Shown piece after piece: positions 37,105 to 39,721 of a stretch of DNA of 39,721 nucleotides (its first letter is position 1; each line of letters begins with the position of its first letter). The DNA is from Deltaproteobacteria bacterium (GTDB lineage: Bacteria > UBA10199 > GCA-002796325 > 1-14-0-20-49-13): positions 1-39,721 of the forward strand of contig JACPAJ010000013.1 of the NCBI GenBank assembly GCA_016180865.1, written 5' to 3'. The position numbers and the translations under genes were made by a program. The notes under the pieces are model-generated. The model was not told where the DNA came from and made no database searches. It saw only the letters and a list, made by a program, of their open reading frames with translations.

Positions 37105-37143
37105 AAATAATACTTTGACAATTACAAAGTAATAATTTATAAT
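37105..37143 (+). promoter_or_regulatory. Consensus sigma-70 promoter overlapped by an operator-like palindrome
   Basis: TTGACA 37115-20, N17, TATAAT 37138-43. Inverted repeat TACTTTG 37111-17 / CAAAGTA 37125-31. Confidence 0.88.
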
Positions 37144-37149
37144 AGCCAT

Positions 37150-38373
37150 ATGTATAAAAAAAGGCTTATAGAACAAGCTGTTATAAAGGCATCAAAGACC
37201 TTTCCAGTGATTATGTTGACGGGTAGCCGCCAGGCGGGAAAGACCACACTTTTTCGAACTCTTGAACCTAATAGACGATTCATTACCTTAGATGATCTTC
37301 AATTAAGGCGTTATGCAAAAGAGGATCCAAAGGGTTTTATAAACGAGTTTAAACCTCCGGTATTCATTGACGAGTTTCAATATGCTCCGGACATTTTACC
37401 GTATATAAAAATTGCCGTTGATGAAAAGAGGACAAAAACGCAAAGCGCCGATGGTTATTTTTGGCTTTCGGGTTCGCAAAATTTCAAGATGATGGAGCAT
37501 GTTCAGGAGTCGCTTGCCGGACGCGTTGCAATTCTGCAACTATTAGGATTTTGCAGGCCGGAAATCGACGACAGTCGCATGGAATTCGAAAAGCCTCCCT
37601 ATTTCCTTGCTCCAATCGAATCGCGCTTCGAAACGAGCCGGAATGTGAACGACATCTTTGAATTTATAGTTCGCGGAGATAAACCGGAAATATGGACCAA
37701 ACCGGAAATAGACAGAAATGTTTTCTATTCATCCTACATACAAACTTATCTTGAAAGGGACGTTCGCAGTCAAATCGGTATCAGAGATATCGGCCTATTT
37801 GAAAAATTCATGCGCATGCTAGCTGCGCGCAGCGCCGACCTTTTGAATCTATCTGCGCTTGCAAGTGATGTCGGGGTCACTCAACCGACGGTTGCGCAGT
37901 GGCTTAATGTGTTGGAAAGAAGTTATCAGATATTTATTCTAAAGCCTTATTACCGCGGCCACGCCAAAAGATGCGTTAAGACGCCAAAGGCATATTTCTT
38001 GGATACGGGGCTATTGTCTTATTTTCTTAATATCAACGATGTCAAAACAGCCGTTTCACATCATTTTAACGGAAAACTTTTTGAAACATGGGTTGTCTCC
38101 GAAACCATAAAAAGTCTTTGGCATAGGGGCCTCGATGCGAATCTCTTTTTTTGGAGAACAAGGGATGGCGATGAAATTGACCTCTTATATGAAGGCACAG
38201 AGCTTTTGCCCTCTGAGATCAAGCTTGCAAATTCACCTTCAATAGGCGTCATATCTGCCGCAAAAAAAATAAAGGGGATTAATGTGGGAGCAAAAAGGAT
38301 AATCTGTACCACAGAAAAAAATGCATCGCTTGCAAGTGATACTACGTTGATTTCAGCATGGAACTTGTTTTAA
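37150..38373 (+). CDS. AAA_14 ATPase with DUF4143 domain
   Basis: GSRQAGKTTL, IDEFQYAP, LSGSQ, ESLAGR, YLERDV, KTPKAYFLDTGL, FWRTRDGDEIDL, EIK. Confidence 0.93.
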   Translation: MYKKRLIEQAVIKASKTFPVIMLTGSRQAGKTTLFRTLEPNRRFITLDDLQLRRYAKEDPKGFINEFKPPVFIDEFQYAPDILPYIKIAVDEKRTKTQSADGYFWLSGSQNFKMMEHVQESLAGRVAILQLLGFCRPEIDDSRMEFEKPPYFLAPIESRFETSRNVNDIFEFIVRGDKPEIWTKPEIDRNVFYSSYIQTYLERDVRSQIGIRDIGLFEKFMRMLAARSADLLNLSALASDVGVTQPTVAQWLNVLERSYQIFILKPYYRGHAKRCVKTPKAYFLDTGLLSYFLNINDVKTAVSHHFNGKLFETWVVSETIKSLWHRGLDANLFFWRTRDGDEIDLLYEGTELLPSEIKLANSPSIGVISAAKKIKGINVGAKRIICTTEKNASLASDTTLISAWNLF

Positions 38374-38399
38374 AAAGGACCTTACAAATCCAAATTACG
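38372..38399 (+). repeat. Direct repeat, copy 2 (partner at 36091-36118)
   Basis: TTACAAATCCAAATTACG at 38382-38399 is identical to 36101-36118. Confidence 0.85.
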
Positions 38400-38422
38400 C
38401 AGTAAAATGGAGTTATGTATTC

Positions 38423-38662
38423 CAGTTATCGAAGGACCTAAGAAATGAGCTTCCCGAAGTAAAAGGGTTTTCTGAACGAAATATGGGGCGCATGATTGCC
38501 TTTTATCGGGCATATCCTGCCCCGAATTCAATTTTGCCACAGGCTGTGGCAAAAATAGAGTTTGAAAACATTAATATTATCAAGATGATACCATGGGGGC
38601 ACCATTTTTTATTGTTAGAGAAGATCAAGAACATCGAAACAACAAAGGCCATAACCCGTTGA
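38423..38662 (+). pseudogene. Internal fragment of a DUF1016/YhcG-family PD-(D/E)XK nuclease gene
   Basis: QLSKDLRNELPEVKGFSERNMGRMIAFYRAY...ILPQAVAK...IPWGHHFLLLEKIK*; no N-terminus and no nuclease domain. Confidence 0.85.
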
Positions 38663-38677
38663 AGATTATGGCCTTTT
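38644..38677. terminator. Intrinsic terminator-like hairpin
   Basis: AAAGGCCATAA 38644-54 pairs with TTATGGCCTTT 38666-76, followed by T-rich sequence. Confidence 0.65.
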
Positions 38678-38901
38678 CGTTTTGCTCCGCTGGATAGACC
38701 AAGTTAGAACCTGTTTGTTTGATGGCTAGTTTTATCAATAGGGCCTTGTCTCAACCTTCCGAGTCCTACCTCGGAAAACCGGTTTAATAGCGTAACAAAT
38801 TGCATTGTATTTAGCCAACACAGCCCCCGTATAAAAGCCCAGTTATAAATAAGTTATTATTAGTTAGCCTTTTTTTATAACCCATGCTAACAATCCTAAA
38901 C

Positions 38902-39721
38902 ATGGATCCAAGAATAAACCCATACGCCCCCGGTGCAGGTACCATTCCACCCGAACTAGCAGGTCGTGACGATATCATTGAAAAAGCTTCAATAGCGCTG
39001 GATCGGTGCCGTAACGGTCTTGCATCGCGCGGCCTATGCTTGGTTGGACTGCGCGGGGTTGGAAAGACAGTTTTGCTGACACGCATTTCACAAGAAGCAG
39101 AAGCTAAAGGTTTTGCCGTGGTTTCCATCGAAACCCCTGAAAAACGATCCTTGCCTGCTCTGCTCATCCCCGCCCTGCGAACAGCCCTCATAAAACTGGA
39201 TGTAATGGTAGCGACCAAAGAGCTCGGTAAGCGCACCATGCGAGTATTGGGTGGTTTTGTTGGCGCAATGAAGGTCAAGTATAACGACATCGAATTCGGT
39301 TTAGATCTGGGTAGTGAAGATGGGGTCGCGGACTCAGGCGATCTAGAACACGATTTGATAGCATTGTTTACCGAGATCGGAAAAGTGGCCAAGACAAAAA
39401 ATACGGCGCTGGTCCTTTGCATCGACGAAATCCAATACATTGAAGAAGAGCAATTTGCGGCGCTCATCATGGCGCTACATAAATGCGCGCAAAATCAATT
39501 ACCAGTCATTTTAGTTGGCGCCGGTTTACCCCAACTTGTCGGACAGGCGGGGCGTGCCAAATCCTACGCTGAAAGACTTTTTGAATATCCTAACGTTGGA
39601 CCATTAAAAGAGACGGCTGCAATGGCCGCACTCGAAGTGCCAGCTGTCAAACATAACGTCCGGTTTGAGAGAAATGCACTGAACGAGATCATTTCCCAGA
39701 CAAAAGGCTGTCCGTATTTTT
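38902..39721 (+). CDS. AAA_16-like P-loop ATPase, 3'-truncated by the window edge; not in the ORF track
   Basis: MDPRINPYAPGAGTIPPELAGRDD..., Walker A GLRGVGKT, Walker B LCIDEIQ, VGAGLP, SYAERLF. The frame is open to the window end. Confidence 0.92.
   Translation, partial: MDPRINPYAPGAGTIPPELAGRDDIIEKASIALDRCRNGLASRGLCLVGLRGVGKTVLLTRISQEAEAKGFAVVSIETPEKRSLPALLIPALRTALIKLDVMVATKELGKRTMRVLGGFVGAMKVKYNDIEFGLDLGSEDGVADSGDLEHDLIALFTEIGKVAKTKNTALVLCIDEIQYIEEEQFAALIMALHKCAQNQLPVILVGAGLPQLVGQAGRAKSYAERLFEYPNVGPLKETAAMAALEVPAVKHNVRFERNALNEIISQTKGCPYF

Noticed and set aside
38680-38715. tRNA gene on the minus strand
   Set aside because: Only a loose T-loop-like word is present; no cloverleaf can be folded.

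Overview
Gene-dense bacterial chromosomal window of moderate GC, from a diderm organism (secretin, outer-membrane barrel, lipoproteins). The gene content resembles deltaproteobacteria, but this is inference. From left to right: (1) A sigma-54/two-component signalling locus (1-8607): an NtrC-type activator, a 65-aa HisKA-like mini-protein, an AT-rich block (GNAT protein, orphan family-5 solute-binding protein, FemAB/BioF2-like GNAT, sensor half of a kinase) joined to a more GC-rich hybrid-kinase core carrying five in-frame palindromic insertions, then a sigma-54 promoter and a sensorless kinase. (2) Envelope and metabolic genes (beta-barrel, thioredoxin-TPR lipoprotein, cytochrome-c-like lipoprotein, transketolase, AspT/YidE transporter). 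(3) A roughly 16 kb MSHA-like type IV pilus/T2SS cluster with a frameshifted pilC, a large Cys-paired repeat minor pilin and an embedded kinase/receiver trio. (4) More two-component genes. (5) A compact candidate RiPP operon: a 50-aa PqqA-like precursor missing from the ORF track (33649-33801), a PqqD/RRE protein, a radical SAM enzyme with a Cys-poor SPASM-like tail and a MenA/UbiA prenyltransferase. This is the best candidate for an undescribed system, possibly a prenylated peptide-derived cofactor. (6) A decayed accessory region with GIY-YIG, AroB and DUF1016 fragments, a 28-bp direct repeat and two AAA ATPases. No rRNA, tRNA or CRISPR array was found. Family assignments come from motifs read by eye; no database search was run.
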